Notes under the pieces: generated by a model
Databases searched by the model: none
Seen by the model: the letters and a program-made list of their open reading frames with translations, nothing else
Told to the model about the DNA's origin: nothing
Source: an uncultured Chloroflexia bacterium
GTDB lineage: Bacteria > Chloroflexota > Anaerolineae > JAAYZQ01
Reading direction: 5' to 3'
NCBI GenBank assembly: GCA_963700285.1
Contig: CAVOXA010000014.1
Location: 736,001 to 800,000, forward strand
DNA: 64,000 nucleotides
Program-made: the position numbers and the translations under genes
Shown here: positions 19,725 to 30,633 of the stretch, piece after piece
How the letters are laid out: each line of letters opens with the position of its first letter
How positions within the stretch are numbered: position 1 is the stretch's first letter

Positions 19725-21353
19725 CTATTCTCCTAGATGGTCTTCTAGAGTTCCTCGAGACCCGCAATGCCACAATCTGAACCTGCTATCCAAAGTCTCC
19801 TGGGCCTCCCGGTTAACTGGTCCAGAGCATGCTGGGATCAGCGGAAAAAAGCTACTGTTCCGCTCTTCGGCCATGACCGAGCTCGCCACCCGCATGCCAC
19901 CCAGCGCGACCGCCGGCACGGACTGGCCGGGAAAGATGCTGTCACCCACCATCCACAAACTGGGTGCCAGCCGGGGTCCCCAAGCACGAAAGAGGTTGGT
20001 CTGAGGAAAGCCACCCACCCAGCCCCAGGCCCGCCGCGTGAAGCGCTGGAAGGTAACCGGGGTACCGGGTAGGATGAGGTCTACCGCCTCCCGAAGGTTG
20101 GGCAAAGCTACCTCGGCAGCATCCAGAACTCGCTCGACGAAGGCCTGCTTTCTGATCTCGTAGGCGGTCTATCGTGTTCGAATAGATCCCACCAGCCATC
20201 CAACTCTGTGTGTGTGCTTATGGTAAGCGCCCGCCGCCCATCTGGCGCCCTACCAGCGTCCCAGGCTGGACTCAACGAGAGAAAGACCGTGTTGCCATTG
20301 CCAAATGGCTCCCGAAGCACGACCTGGTGGTGGAGGGCAGACTGCGTCGGCACAACCGAGGCATCCAGGCCCACATAGACCATGTAGGCCCCCCATACTT
20401 CTCGCGGCTTTGGGCGGCAGCTCCTTCAGCCGGTGGGGCGCATTGTCTCCCAACAGTCGCGCTATGTTCCAGGGGGTCAGGTTAAAGACGACCGTCTCAG
20501 CCGGAAAGGACGCCCCCTTGTTGGTCTCCACGGCCACAGACCGACCTTTGCTGCTCAGAGCGATTCGCGTCGCCTGCTGGCGAAAATGGACCTGCCCGCC
20601 ATAGCGGCGCACAGCATCCACCAGCTCGCCAGCAATGGCCCCCATGCCGCCCTCGGCGTGCGCAGCTCCCCTCCGAGGTAGATCGAGTGCGGAAGCGCCA
20701 TAGAGGGCATTGGTGTAGCGGCTGGTTGTCTGCGAGGCGATCAGCAACTGGCCATCGACAAAGTAGCGCAGTCGCTCTGAGCGCGCACTGACTGGTCCCT
20801 GCAGGTGGGAAGCCACCGGCCGTAGAGCATCCAGAGCGAGACCCGGTTTGAGCCTTTCTCGTAGATCTTTCCCCAGCCAACCGAAAGCTTGGCCGGCAAG
20901 GTGGGCTGCCTCGCCATAGGCTTGGGGAGGCCAGTCAGGCAGACGCAGGGCGAGGTCCCACATCGCGTCAGAAGTCCGCTCCTGCCAGCGCCAGAATGCC
21001 TCTGATTCAGGACCAAAAGCGCCGCGACGCTCAGCCCAGCGCTGCTTGCCCCGCCACCTCTTCACACAGCTACCATCCGGCAGATGCGAAACCATGACCG
21101 GATCCGCTGGCCGGACGGGCCAGGCTTCGATACGCAGAGCATCACCGACCAAGTCCATGGGGCCGCCTGGGTAGAAGCCGGCTGCCAGCGTTGCGCCAGC
21201 GTCAAAGCGGTAGCCCTGATGGTAAAATGTCCCGGCACAGCCCCCTGCATAGACGTGGGCTTCAAGGACCGTGACATTCAGTCCGGCTCGCGCCAGCAGG
21301 GCTGCTGTCGTTAGTCCGCCGACTCCGGCGCCAACGACCACAACGCGGTTCAT
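19725..21353 (-). CDS. Carotenoid desaturase/isomerase family FAD oxidoreductase (cyanobacterial CrtD-like), two apparent frameshifts
   Basis: GAGVGG FAD motif, GGCAGTF...[34 protein letters not shown]; split across ORFs 20250-21353, 20108-20383 and 19725-20105. Confidence 0.75.
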
Positions 21354-21380
21354 CCTTCTTCTCCTGACCTGGTGACAACC

Positions 21381-22124
21381 CTAGTTCATGTGGGCGCCGG
21401 CAAAGGCCCCGATTTCGGTCTTGTCCGTAATCAGGCTATATATCTTGCCGTCCCGCATCTGGATGATCTTGTCGACAAACTTGACCATCCGCAGGTCGTG
21501 GGTCACCATGATACCCGCCAGATTCTCGGCGTGGATCAGATCGGCAAAGGTACCAACCACCTGAAAGGCGCGCTGGGTATCCAGGCTGGCCGTGGGCTCG
21601 TCGGCCAGCACGATGTTGGGCCTGTGGACCAACGCTCGGGCGATGGCCACTCGCTGCTGCTGCCCGCCGGAAAGCTGAGATGGCAGGTTCTTCAGCCTGT
21701 CACCCAGGCCAAGTTGATCGAGCAAATCCGAAGCTCTCTCCTTGTTGGTCCTGGTGTATTGCTTGTTCAACTGCAGCATCAGTTCGACGTTCTCCCGCAC
21801 TGAAAGGTAGGGAACCAGGTTGTTGTCCTGAAAGGTGAACCCTACCTTCTCGCGGCGGAACTTTGTTCGCTGGCGATCGCTCATGCCAGACAGCTCCTCA
21901 CCCCCGATAAGAATCCGGCCCTCGGTCGGCGCCAGCAGGCCAGCCAACATGGCCAGCATGGTCGTCTTTCCAGAACCACTGGGACCCACCAAAGCCACAA
22001 ACTCGCCAGGGCAGATTTGCAGGGAAACTTCGTCCACGGCTTTGATGATACTATCCTCCACTTCGTAGGTCTTGGTGACAGACTGTGCCTCAAGTACCGG
22101 TGTCATTTTTCCATTTCCATCCAT
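21381..22124 (-). CDS. ABC transporter ATPase (LolD/MacB/HrtA-like)
   Basis: [38 protein letters not shown]. Confidence 0.93.
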   Translation of the reverse strand: MDGNGKMTPVLEAQSVTKTYEVEDSIIKAVDEVSLQICPGEFVALVGPSGSGKTTMLAMLAGLLAPTEGRILIGGEELSGMSDRQRTKFRREKVGFTFQDNNLVPYLSVRENVELMLQLNKQYTRTNKERASDLLDQLGLGDRLKNLPSQLSGGQQQRVAIARALVHRPNIVLADEPTASLDTQRAFQVVGTFADLIHAENLAGIMVTHDLRMVKFVDKIIQMRDGKIYSLITDKTEIGAFAGAHMN

Positions 22125-22136
22125 GTCCAATGCTCC

Positions 22137-23369
22137 TTATGATGCCAACCCAAGTGCGGTCAGGGGCTCTACCCTCAACAGAACCACCAGAGAGATCATG
22201 CCGGCCAGGGGCCCGATGATCAACAGCGAAACAATGGCCACCAAAGCAGACTCGGGTGTGAAGATGATGGGTACAGTTCCTGGGAGGCCCAGCGAAAGGG
22301 CAAAGGTTCCCAAGACACCGAGTGCTACGCCCAAGATGGTCGTATAGATGATCTGCAGGACAAAGGCCACGGAAATGGTCAGCGTCGCTGCGCCGATGGC
22401 CTTGAGCATGCCGATTTGAGCCACCTTCTGCAACGTCTGGATTTGGAAGAATCCACCCAACACCAGCACGCCGATGAGCAGCGTAAAGATGCGGATGGTG
22501 TTCAGCGTACTCTGCTGCTCGGCATAACCCGGTGTGGCCTCATAGGCCGTCTTGAGGTCAGCGGACTCGACCCTTTTGACGCCGTTGTCCAGACGCTCAG
22601 CCATGATCTCCAGTTCGGCTGGGTCATCCAGTTGCACGGCAGCCACGTTCAGGACATATTCCGCGTTACCCTCGGTCGGTCCAGTCCCCGGCTTGACCCG
22701 ATCCCAGGTCACATAGGGCACAAAGATCGAGGGCTGCAAGAAATTCTGCTGGCTGTCACTGATGCCGGCTACAGTCAGGTCATAGAACTCTTCGTCTGTC
22801 CCCTGCACCGACTTAATGGTGAACTCGTCACCCACTTTCAGTCCGGTGCGCAGGGCGACATTGCTGCCGATGACCGCCTCTTTGCTCCGTTTGCTCTTGA
22901 GGCCGCGGCCCTGCAGCGCCGCCGGCTCGCCCGGCTTGCCGGGTTCTACACCAATGAGGGATACACCCAAGGGCTCTTGGCCCTCATCCATCATGAGCGA
23001 AGCCCGGCTGAAACCGATCAGGCCCACATCTCGAACACCCTCGATCCTTCGGATCTCCTTCAGCTTTGACCGTCCCATTCGGCTTGTCGAGGTAGACAGG
23101 TCAGTGTTCTCTTGAAACAACAGCAGGTCCGCATCAAGCTTCGCCAAATACTCGATGTTGCCCGAACCCAAACCCTCGGCCAGCCCGTCGATAAAGAGCA
23201 CGAGGGTTGTGATCAGGGCGATCACCAGGGCCACCATGAAGAATCTTCCCTTGTTGCGCCAAAACTCCTTGAAGGCCAAATAGACGGGCAGTGGAGCGCT
23301 CAGGCTCCGCGCTCTCTCTTCGACCTTGGTCATTGGGCGAGCGAACGTTTTCTCAGCTTGCAAGTTCAT
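22137..23369 (-). CDS. ABC permease, MacB/FtsX fold, HrtB-like
   Basis: YLAFKEFWRNKGRF...GLAEGL N-terminus and TLQKVAQIGMLKAIG; large periplasmic domain. Confidence 0.85.
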   Translation of the reverse strand: MNLQAEKTFARPMTKVEERARSLSAPLPVYLAFKEFWRNKGRFFMVALVIALITTLVLFIDGLAEGLGSGNIEYLAKLDADLLLFQENTDLSTSTSRMGRSKLKEIRRIEGVRDVGLIGFSRASLMMDEGQEPLGVSLIGVEPGKPGEPAALQGRGLKSKRSKEAVIGSNVALRTGLKVGDEFTIKSVQGTDEEFYDLTVAGISDSQQNFLQPSIFVPYVTWDRVKPGTGPTEGNAEYVLNVAAVQLDDPAELEIMAERLDNGVKRVESADLKTAYEATPGYAEQQSTLNTIRIFTLLIGVLVLGGFFQIQTLQKVAQIGMLKAIGAATLTISVAFVLQIIYTTILGVALGVLGTFALSLGLPGTVPIIFTPESALVAIVSLLIIGPLAGMISLVVLLRVEPLTALGLAS

Positions 23370-23859
23370 TTCCCCTATCAATAGAGTCTCTCCAGGTCTG
23401 TGATCCCGCGCCTGACTGAGGCGCCTCCAGAATCTGTCTTGTTTTCCAACCGCGATAGACGAAGAGAAGTGGCAGGCCAAGCCACATTGTTAGCCCTACC
23501 GGCCCCCACACTAGGTGTCGCCTCAGCTTGGCCTCGATTTCGTCTACAACGCTTGTCGCGCCTTCATTCTCCTGCACAAAGGTGTGTCGATGGGTCCAGG
23601 CATCAAAGGGACCAGCCACCTGCTGGTCTGCGAAGCCTGAGATAGTCACGTCTTCCACGCGGGCGACCCAGCGGACGGGGACAGGCCCCAGCCACACCGT
23701 GAAGGCCATCTCGTCGCCGTCAGCCATCTGCTCCGGCGCGTAATGCAGACTTGTGGGCATCATCGGCGGCGTGATGGCGCCCAGACTGGAAGCCTGGGTA
23801 TGAAATCTGGCGACGCTCGCCTGCCGCGCCTGTACCCGGAAGGAGTGGCGGTACTTCAC
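23353..23859 (-). CDS. SRPBCC/START-family protein
   Basis: L..ITPP, F.D.QV.GPF..W.H.H.F, V.DEI motifs. Confidence 0.8.
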   Translation of the reverse strand: MKYRHSFRVQARQASVARFHTQASSLGAITPPMMPTSLHYAPEQMADGDEMAFTVWLGPVPVRWVARVEDVTISGFADQQVAGPFDAWTHRHTFVQENEGATSVVDEIEAKLRRHLVWGPVGLTMWLGLPLLFVYRGWKTRQILEAPQSGAGSQTWRDSIDRGNELAS

Positions 23860-24782
23860 TTCAGCAGGTTCCTCAGCGCACTCTCTGCATCGGGAAAATG
23901 GAAGGTAAACCCCATCTCCAGCAGACGCTGGGGAAGGCCCAGCTGACCCTCCAATACCACGCTGGACACGTCACCAACAGCCGCCCGCATGGCAAAGCCT
24001 GGCACAGGGATCAGGGATGGCCTTCCCAGGACGCGGCCCATGGCTTTCCCAAATGCAGCATTGGTGATGGGCACCGGGGCGACGAGATTGAACGGCCCCC
24101 TGGCCGCTTCGTGCTCGATCAGAAAGCGGATAGCCCGAACCTCGTCCTGCAAATGAATCCAGGGCAACCATTGCTTCCCACTACCCAGCGGACCTCCAAC
24201 AAAGAGGCGATAGGGCAGCAGCCACCGGGGCAGCGCTCCCCCCTCGGTATCGAGCACAGCCCCACTCCGTGCGATAACCCGCCGCATGCCCATTGCTTCT
24301 ACAGCCTCCGTCGAGGGCTCCCACTCGTTGGCAGCAAGATCTGCCAGGAAGCCAGTCCCCGGTGGCGCGTCCTCAGTGACCTCGTCATTGCCCGTGTTGC
24401 CATAGTAGCCAATGCCTGAGGCCTGAACGACGACCCGAGGTTTCTCCTTGGCGGCCTCAGCCGCCTCTACCACGGCGCGTCCGGCCCAGACCCGGCTATC
24501 GCGAATAACCCTCTTTCTCTCTGCCGTCCATCTGCTGGGAAAAAAGCCAGGGCCAGCCAGGTTCGAGCCGGCCAGGTTGACGATGGCGCCGGCGCCGTCA
24601 GCCAGATGCTCCCAGCCTTTGGCAGTACGTGCATCCCAGCCAGCGACCTGGACGCCGTCTGGCAGGCCAGATTCTCGTTCTGGGGAGCGAGTCAAGACCA
24701 CGACCTGGTGTCCATCCACAACAAGATTCGCAGCAAGCGCCCGGCCAATGAGGCCAGTACCGCCTGTTATGATCACCCGCAT
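23856..24782 (-). CDS. TIGR01777 family NAD-dependent epimerase/oxidoreductase
   Basis: TGGTGLIG, NLAG, RWT..RK..IRDSR, GSGKQW.PWIH. Confidence 0.9.
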   Translation of the reverse strand: MRVIITGGTGLIGRALAANLVVDGHQVVVLTRSPERESGLPDGVQVAGWDARTAKGWEHLADGAGAIVNLAGSNLAGPGFFPSRWTAERKRVIRDSRVWAGRAVVEAAEAAKEKPRVVVQASGIGYYGNTGNDEVTEDAPPGTGFLADLAANEWEPSTEAVEAMGMRRVIARSGAVLDTEGGALPRWLLPYRLFVGGPLGSGKQWLPWIHLQDEVRAIRFLIEHEAARGPFNLVAPVPITNAAFGKAMGRVLGRPSLIPVPGFAMRAAVGDVSSVVLEGQLGLPQRLLEMGFTFHFPDAESALRNLLK

Positions 24783-26131
24783 GCTAAATTCTCCTCGTTT
24801 CCTCTACCTAATCCGTTCTCGTATATCACTGTGCTCAGCCATTCCAGGACAGGCTCCGCCCGTCCATTGAGGTTCTGGCTGGCTGCCTGGTGGTAGCATC
24901 CCAAATACCTGATCAATGCCTCGTCCGACAGATAGTGGTTGCTTAGCAGGCCCCTTAGCCAGTCAAGATCCGTGCTGAGAAAATCCATATCCCCCAAGGC
25001 CAGGGCGGCATCGATGTTGCTGGCAAGCTCCCGGGTTGCAACAGCAAGGTGGCGAGGCTCAATCTCCACCGGGCCCAGCCTTCGCGCCAAATCGGCCTCA
25101 ATCTGCCCCCGTCGCTCCTCAAAGTGATCCCTGGCAATTGGAAACGCCTCTGGAAGGGCCACAGTTCGAGCTACTGGATGAGGAGCAGCCATCAGTACTT
25201 CCACGACATCTGGGGCTGAAGGCAGACGCTCACCAAGAAAATGACCTGGAATCCGAGCGCGCGATGCCGGCAGCAGATTGAAGATCAGGCCCCCGTAAGC
25301 CAGCGGCACACCCTCCGCCTGCAGAAACTGGGCTGCCTCGAGCAGGGACGCCGCGCTGGTGAGTCGCTGAGCGGCCATCACCACCAAGTGAGGGCTCTTC
25401 ATGGTCAGGGTCGTTTCCAGTCGCTCTACCGGCACGTTCGCGCCCAGGTAGATGACGTCCCATCCCCTGCGCCGCAAGAGAAAAGTCAGCAAGAGCAGGC
25501 CGAATACGTGCTGCTCCTGAGGTGGGCAGGCGATGAGGATCCGGCCTGAACGGGTCGGAGGCGGAGAGGCCATGATCAGAGCCTCTAACCTTCGATTGGC
25601 CAGCGCCGAGCAAAAGTGCTCCTGTTGAACCGTAGCCTCGCCACGATACCATTTGTCGCCGATCTGCGACATAGCGGCCTGGAGCAGCTCAAGAGCCACC
25701 GTCTCTGGCGAATAGAGAGCAAATGCCTGGGCCAGGGCCTGTTCCGACCGCTGTTCGTCATAGGCCAGGCAGGCCGAGATCCAGTCTTCACGCAATTCGA
25801 TCAGCGTCGCCCCCAGAGCCGGAGGCGCGTGAGACGGCACTGGAAGCAGGCCGGCACTTGCCGGGGCGGCCAGCGGATCCTGGCCCTCCGCCTCGATCTG
25901 CCGCCACAGATCTACCGCCCGCGCGATGCTGAGGCCTTCCTGCTGGCGGGCTGTGAGCCATTTGAGCGTTTCAATGTCGTACCGTGTATAGAGTCGATGG
26001 CCGCCACTGCTGCGGTGGGGTGTGGGCAGGCCGTAGCGCCGCTCCCAGGCACGCAATGTATCCGGCTTGAGGCCGGTCTGCTGCACCACCGCTTTCAAGT
26101 TGAAAAAGGGCCCTTCGCTGCTGTTCGTCAC
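24773..26131 (-). CDS. CarH/LitR-type MerR-B12 photoreceptor repressor with extra C-terminal globin-like domain
   Basis: MerR HTH (TLRAWERRYG.P.P.RSSGGHRLY); W-x9-EH (WYRGEATVQQEH); EQHVFG; ~120-aa helical C-terminal extension. Confidence 0.85.
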   Translation of the reverse strand: MTNSSEGPFFNLKAVVQQTGLKPDTLRAWERRYGLPTPHRSSGGHRLYTRYDIETLKWLTARQQEGLSIARAVDLWRQIEAEGQDPLAAPASAGLLPVPSHAPPALGATLIELREDWISACLAYDEQRSEQALAQAFALYSPETVALELLQAAMSQIGDKWYRGEATVQQEHFCSALANRRLEALIMASPPPTRSGRILIACPPQEQHVFGLLLLTFLLRRRGWDVIYLGANVPVERLETTLTMKSPHLVVMAAQRLTSAASLLEAAQFLQAEGVPLAYGGLIFNLLPASRARIPGHFLGERLPSAPDVVEVLMAAPHPVARTVALPEAFPIARDHFEERRGQIEADLARRLGPVEIEPRHLAVATRELASNIDAALALGDMDFLSTDLDWLRGLLSNHYLSDEALIRYLGCYHQAASQNLNGRAEPVLEWLSTVIYENGLGRGNEENLACG

Positions 26132-26187
26132 GGGTCAACCCCTCCAGTCCTCTATCCTTCATCCAGTTGATCCCCTAGTCTGCTCGC

Positions 26188-26227
26188 ATTGTAGCACACT
26201 GTCACAGTTTTGTCAAGTATTTGGCCA
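26188..26227 (-). promoter_or_regulatory. carH promoter with overlapping 11-bp direct repeats (candidate CarH operator)
   Basis: TTGACA-17-TACAAT; TGGCCA, TTGACA and GTGACA spaced exactly 11 bp apart. Confidence 0.65.
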
Positions 26228-26368
26228 GGATTCCGGGCTTAAAACCGCGTTAAGATTCGACACAAGGCCAACATGAGGATGGCCAGTTGCCAAAGGGCTT
26301 CAATCATCAGGGAAATAGCCTGGGGCGTCTATGCCGGAATGGAATGACCGCCGGATCCCCACCCGGGG

Positions 26369-26400
26369 CATTTGACCCGGAATCAAAAAGGTGATACAAT
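26369..26400 (+). promoter_or_regulatory. Sigma70 promoter upstream of the TPP riboswitch
   Basis: TTGACC-17-TACAAT. Confidence 0.65.
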
Positions 26401-26415
26401 CAACTATCACAATTG

Positions 26416-26515
26416 ACTGAAGCTGGGGGAGCCTGGGCGGCCAGGCTGAGAGGGCGATGGTTCTTGTCGCCGACCCCTTGAACCTGACCTGGGTAATGCC
26501 GGCGTAGGAAAGCGA
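26416..26515 (+). ncRNA. TPP riboswitch
   Basis: GGGG-AGCC..GGCTGAGA..GACCC-TTGAACCTGA-CCTGGGTAATGCCGGCGTAGGAA core; upstream of thiamine genes. Confidence 0.95.
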
Positions 26516-26531
26516 ACGAACCCACCAATGC

Positions 26532-26566
26532 GAACCGCCAGCCATAGGCCAGGCGGTTCTTTGTTT
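26532..26566 (+). terminator. Riboswitch expression-platform terminator
   Basis: GAACCGCC...GGCGGTTC followed by TTTGTTT. Confidence 0.65.
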
Positions 26567-26597
26567 GCCTCAGGGCACACGGAGAATGGAGGCACAG

Positions 26598-27248
26598 GTG
26601 CGAGCCATAATCATCGCGGCAGGTCAGGCTCAAAGCAGCAAAGACCTACAGGACTGGGTTCAAGATGGGGATTTGATCATTGGGGCCGACGGTGGAGCGG
26701 CGCAAGCCATGAGATGGGGCTTGTGGCCCCACCTGGTCATCGGCGATATGGATTCGTTGCCCAACGAGACTCGGCAGTCATTGGAGGATCACGGTTGCCG
26801 CTTTGTGATCCACCCTCGCGCCAAGGACGAAACCGACATGGAACTGGCCCTGACCTACGCGGCGCAGCAGGGTGCTGACGAGATCGTTGTCCTGGGAGCG
26901 CTGGGGGGCCGGCTCGACCACACGTTGGCCAACATCTTTTTGCTGATCCTACCCGAGCTGGAAGGCTTAAGGGTTCGCATCGTAGACGGGAACCAGGAGG
27001 TGCTGCTCGTGCGTGCGGGCGAGGCCGCCAACATCGAGGGCAAGCCGGGCGACCTGGTCTCCCTTCTACCTCTGGGAGGCAGGGCCTGCGGCGTTTCAAC
27101 GTTAGGTCTGGCCTGGGCGCTGAACGACGACACACTAGACCTCAGCTTCACGCGGGGCGTGAGCAATGTGATGACGTCGCCTGTGGCCCACATTGAGATG
27201 GAGAAGGGCTTGTTGCTGGTTCTGCACAGTCCCCCGGAAGAGGACTGA
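26598..27248 (+). CDS. thiN: Thiamine diphosphokinase
   Basis: IGADGGA, IGDMDS, KDETDMELAL, GALGGRLDHTLAN, GVSN. Confidence 0.93.
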   Translation: MRAIIIAAGQAQSSKDLQDWVQDGDLIIGADGGAAQAMRWGLWPHLVIGDMDSLPNETRQSLEDHGCRFVIHPRAKDETDMELALTYAAQQGADEIVVLGALGGRLDHTLANIFLLILPELEGLRVRIVDGNQEVLLVRAGEAANIEGKPGDLVSLLPLGGRACGVSTLGLAWALNDDTLDLSFTRGVSNVMTSPVAHIEMEKGLLLVLHSPPEED

Positions 27249-27340
27249 ACCTGGGGAATTGGAGATTAGCCAGTGCAGCTTGAAGTGGTGCACACTGAGC
27301 CCTGAGCCTATAGAAGTGAGCTGGAGAGGAGGCCGGCAGT

Positions 27341-28444
27341 ATGAAAGGTAGAGAACAGTGGTTGATTGTCGTAGCCGTGGTGATGTTGTTGGCATCCTGT
27401 GGGCCGGCGTCCGCGCCCTCAACAGAAGCCCCCGCAGCCACGTCCCCATCCGAAACGGCCGGGCGTACGCTGACCGTGATGACCCACGACAGCTTTGATG
27501 TCAGTGAGAACGTTGTGGCGGCCTTCAAGGAGCGCTGCAACTGTGAGGTCCAGTTCCTGCAGGTCTGGCGATACGGGCCTGATGCTGAACCAGGCCACTT
27601 CTGAGCAAAGACAATCCCCTGGCAGACGTCATCTATGGCGTGGACAACACCTTCCTCAGCCGGGCGCTGGCGGGCGACATCCTGGAGCCCTACGAGTCGC
27701 CAGTTCTGGCTGACGTTTCCGACGACCTCAAGCTGGATCCCACGTTCCACCTGTTGCCGGTGGACTATGGCGACGTCTGTCTGAACTATGACAAAGGCTG
27801 GTTCGAAGAAAATGACCTGGCACCGCCCGAGCGACCTTGCCGCGCTGACCCAGCCCGAATACAAGGCGCTGACCGTCGTGGAGAACCCCGCCACTTCGTC
27901 GCCAGGGCTCGCGTTCCTGCTGGCCACCGTGGAACAGTTTGGTGACCACCGGTGACTATACCTACCTGGACTACTGGGCCGACCTGCGTGCCAACGACGT
28001 GCTGGTCACCGACGGTTGGGAGGACGCCTATTGGGGCAACTTTACCTACGCTTCCGATGGCGACCGGCCCATCGTCGTCAGCTATGCCAGCAGTCCCCCG
28101 GTAGAGGTCTACTTTGCCGAAGAGCCGTTCGACGAAGCCCCAACAGGCGTCGTCGCCAGCCGACGGCAGCTGCTTCCGCCAGATCGAGTTTGCCGGCATC
28201 CTGAAGGGCACCGAGAACCGGGATCTGGCCGAACAGTGGATCGATTTCATGCTGGGCAAGACATTTCAGGAGGATATCCCCCTCAAGATGTTTGTCTTCC
28301 CTGCCAACGAGCAGCGCGGCGCTGCCAGATGTCTTTGCACGGTTTGCCGAGATACCCGACAACCCGGCGATGGTAGACCCGGAAGCCATCGAAGCCAACC
28401 GCGAAACGTGGATCAAGGCCTGGACTGAAGTCATGCTTCGATAA
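27341..28444 (+). CDS. thiB: Thiamine ABC transporter substrate-binding lipoprotein, several apparent frameshifts
   Basis: Lipobox LASC; [43 protein letters not shown] and WIKAWT are spread across frames. Confidence 0.85.
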
Positions 28445-28599
28445 GCGTGTTGGCTCGCTTGTTCCGGGTCGATGCACTCGCCCTTATTCGGTCTCAGAGC
28501 TGCTTGTCTCCTGACTGTACTTGTGGTATAATCTGGGCGGAAGGACTCTGGCAGAAAGCACTTGGTGAGCGCTGATTGGAATGCGGAGAGGAGCAAGTG

Positions 28600-29100
28600 A
28601 TGATCAAGGTCACCATAGATAGCGTTCGGGCAAGCTTGCTGTCCCAACATCGGGTGGTGGTCCTCAAAGAAGAGGATATCGACCGCTATCTGGCCATCTG
28701 GATCGGTCCATACGAAGCTGATGCCATCACCATCCGGCTTCAGGGCGTCGAGGTCGCCCGCCCTCTCACCCACGATCTCGTCCAGCAAGCCATCACCAGG
28801 CTTGGTGCGACAGTTTCCCATATCCTGGTGAATGACCTGCACGACGACACGTTTTACGCCCGTGTAGTTATAGATCGCGAGGGAGAACGCATCGAGTTAG
28901 ACTCGAGGCCCAGCGATGCCATCGCCTTGGCCGTCCGTGTCCAGGCCCCGGTATTTGTCAGCGAGTCAGTGATGGAGAGAGCGGGTGTGGTGCCAGACGA
29001 AGAGATTGACCTTGATGCTTTGACACCCGAGGAAGAAGAAAAGCTAGCGCCATACAAGGACTTTATCGAGGGACTTGATCTGGAAGATCTGGTAGAATAG
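28600..29100 (+). CDS. Bifunctional nuclease family protein (DUF151)
   Basis: [28 protein letters not shown]. Confidence 0.92.
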   Translation: MIKVTIDSVRASLLSQHRVVVLKEEDIDRYLAIWIGPYEADAITIRLQGVEVARPLTHDLVQQAITRLGATVSHILVNDLHDDTFYARVVIDREGERIELDSRPSDAIALAVRVQAPVFVSESVMERAGVVPDEEIDLDALTPEEEEKLAPYKDFIEGLDLEDLVE

Positions 29101-29277
29101 TTGGCGCCGGCAACACACCGGCAAGCCACAGTTGATCTGATGGTAAAATGGAACTAGGTCGGCGACCGCAGCCGGCAATCGGGACCGGTTGCAGGCAGGG
29201 CTCCTGCTCAGTGGCACAGCGCCAGCGGGAGCCTGCTTTGCGCAGGGCAGAGCATATTTCGTCAGAGGGCGCAGATT

Positions 29278-30633
29278 GTGACTGAAAGTAGCAGGATCGA
29301 GAGACTTCCCCCACAGAGTGCCGAGGCGGAAGAGGCGGTTCTGGGCGCGCTCCTGATTGACCCGGACGCCATCATCCGCCTGGCCCCCATCCTTCGACCT
29401 GAGGATTTCTATCGGGAAAAGCATGGTTGGATCTATGATGCTGCCTTGATCCTCCACGAGCGCCGCGAGCCGGTCGATTTCCTGACCATTTGCGACGAGC
29501 TGGATCGACGGGAACAACTTGACCAGGTAGGCGGAGCAGCGTTTATCACATCGCTGATCAACGCCATGCCAACCTCTATACACGCGGAGCACTATGCCCG
29601 AATTGTGGAGCGTACGGCCACAAGAAGGCGATTGATTGACGCAGCCAGCGAAATCGCCGTCCTGGCCTATCAGGAAGCCGACGACGTCGAAGAGGTGGTG
29701 GACCATGCTGAGCAGATCCTCTTTGGTGTGTCTGAGCGGCGCGTATCTCGCGAACTGGTCCCGATCAAGCAGATTCTGAGTGAATACTATGACCGCATAG
29801 AATACCTGACCCGCCACCGTGGAGAACTGATCGGCATACCCACCGGATTCAACGACATTGACAAACTGTTGGGCGGCCTGCAGCGTTCCGACCTGATCAT
29901 CTTGGCCGCCCGGCCAAGCGTTGGCAAGACCAGCCTGGCCCTCAGTATCGCCCACAACGCAGCAAAGCTGCACGGGCAGAGGGTAGCCTTATTTAGCCTG
30001 GAGATGTCGAGCGAGCAGGTCGTTCAGCGGCTCATCTCGGCAGAGACAGGCATCGGTTCGCAGCGTCTGCGTAGGGGAGAAATAGATCAGGACGAGTGGG
30101 GCCGCTTTATGAAGGCCTACAACGATCTGGCAGAAACCCACTTTTTCATTGACGACACGCCGGGCATCTCGGCACTAGAACTGAGGACCAAGGCCCGTCG
30201 CCTCCACGCCGAAGTGGGGATTGACCTGCTCGCGGTAGACTATTTGCAGCTCATGCGGGGTGACTTTCGCTCAGAGAACCGCGTACAGGAGATCTCGGGC
30301 ATTTCTCGCGCGCTCAAGGGGCTGGCCCGCGAGCTAAACGTGCCGGTATTGGCTCTCTCCCAGTTGTCTCGAGGCGTAGAATCGCGTACTGACAAGCGCC
30401 CCATCCTGTCAGACCTGCGTGAGAGCGGCGCACTGGAGCAGGATGCCGACGTGGTCGTCTTTATCTACCGCGACGAGATGTACAACGAGAACACCGAGAG
30501 GCAGAACATTGCCGATATCATCGTCGCCAAGCACCGAAACGGGCCCACCGGCACGGTTGCGCTCTTTTTCAAGAAGGAGCTGGCCCAGTTCCGCGAGGCG
30601 GAGCTTCGCCGGACGGATCTGGACTTTATCTGA
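29278..30633 (+). CDS. dnaB: Replicative DNA helicase
   Basis: [54 protein letters not shown]. Confidence 0.98.
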   Translation: MTESSRIERLPPQSAEAEEAVLGALLIDPDAIIRLAPILRPEDFYREKHGWIYDAALILHERREPVDFLTICDELDRREQLDQVGGAAFITSLINAMPTSIHAEHYARIVERTATRRRLIDAASEIAVLAYQEADDVEEVVDHAEQILFGVSERRVSRELVPIKQILSEYYDRIEYLTRHRGELIGIPTGFNDIDKLLGGLQRSDLIILAARPSVGKTSLALSIAHNAAKLHGQRVALFSLEMSSEQVVQRLISAETGIGSQRLRRGEIDQDEWGRFMKAYNDLAETHFFIDDTPGISALELRTKARRLHAEVGIDLLAVDYLQLMRGDFRSENRVQEISGISRALKGLARELNVPVLALSQLSRGVESRTDKRPILSDLRESGALEQDADVVVFIYRDEMYNENTERQNIADIIVAKHRNGPTGTVALFFKKELAQFREAELRRTDLDFI

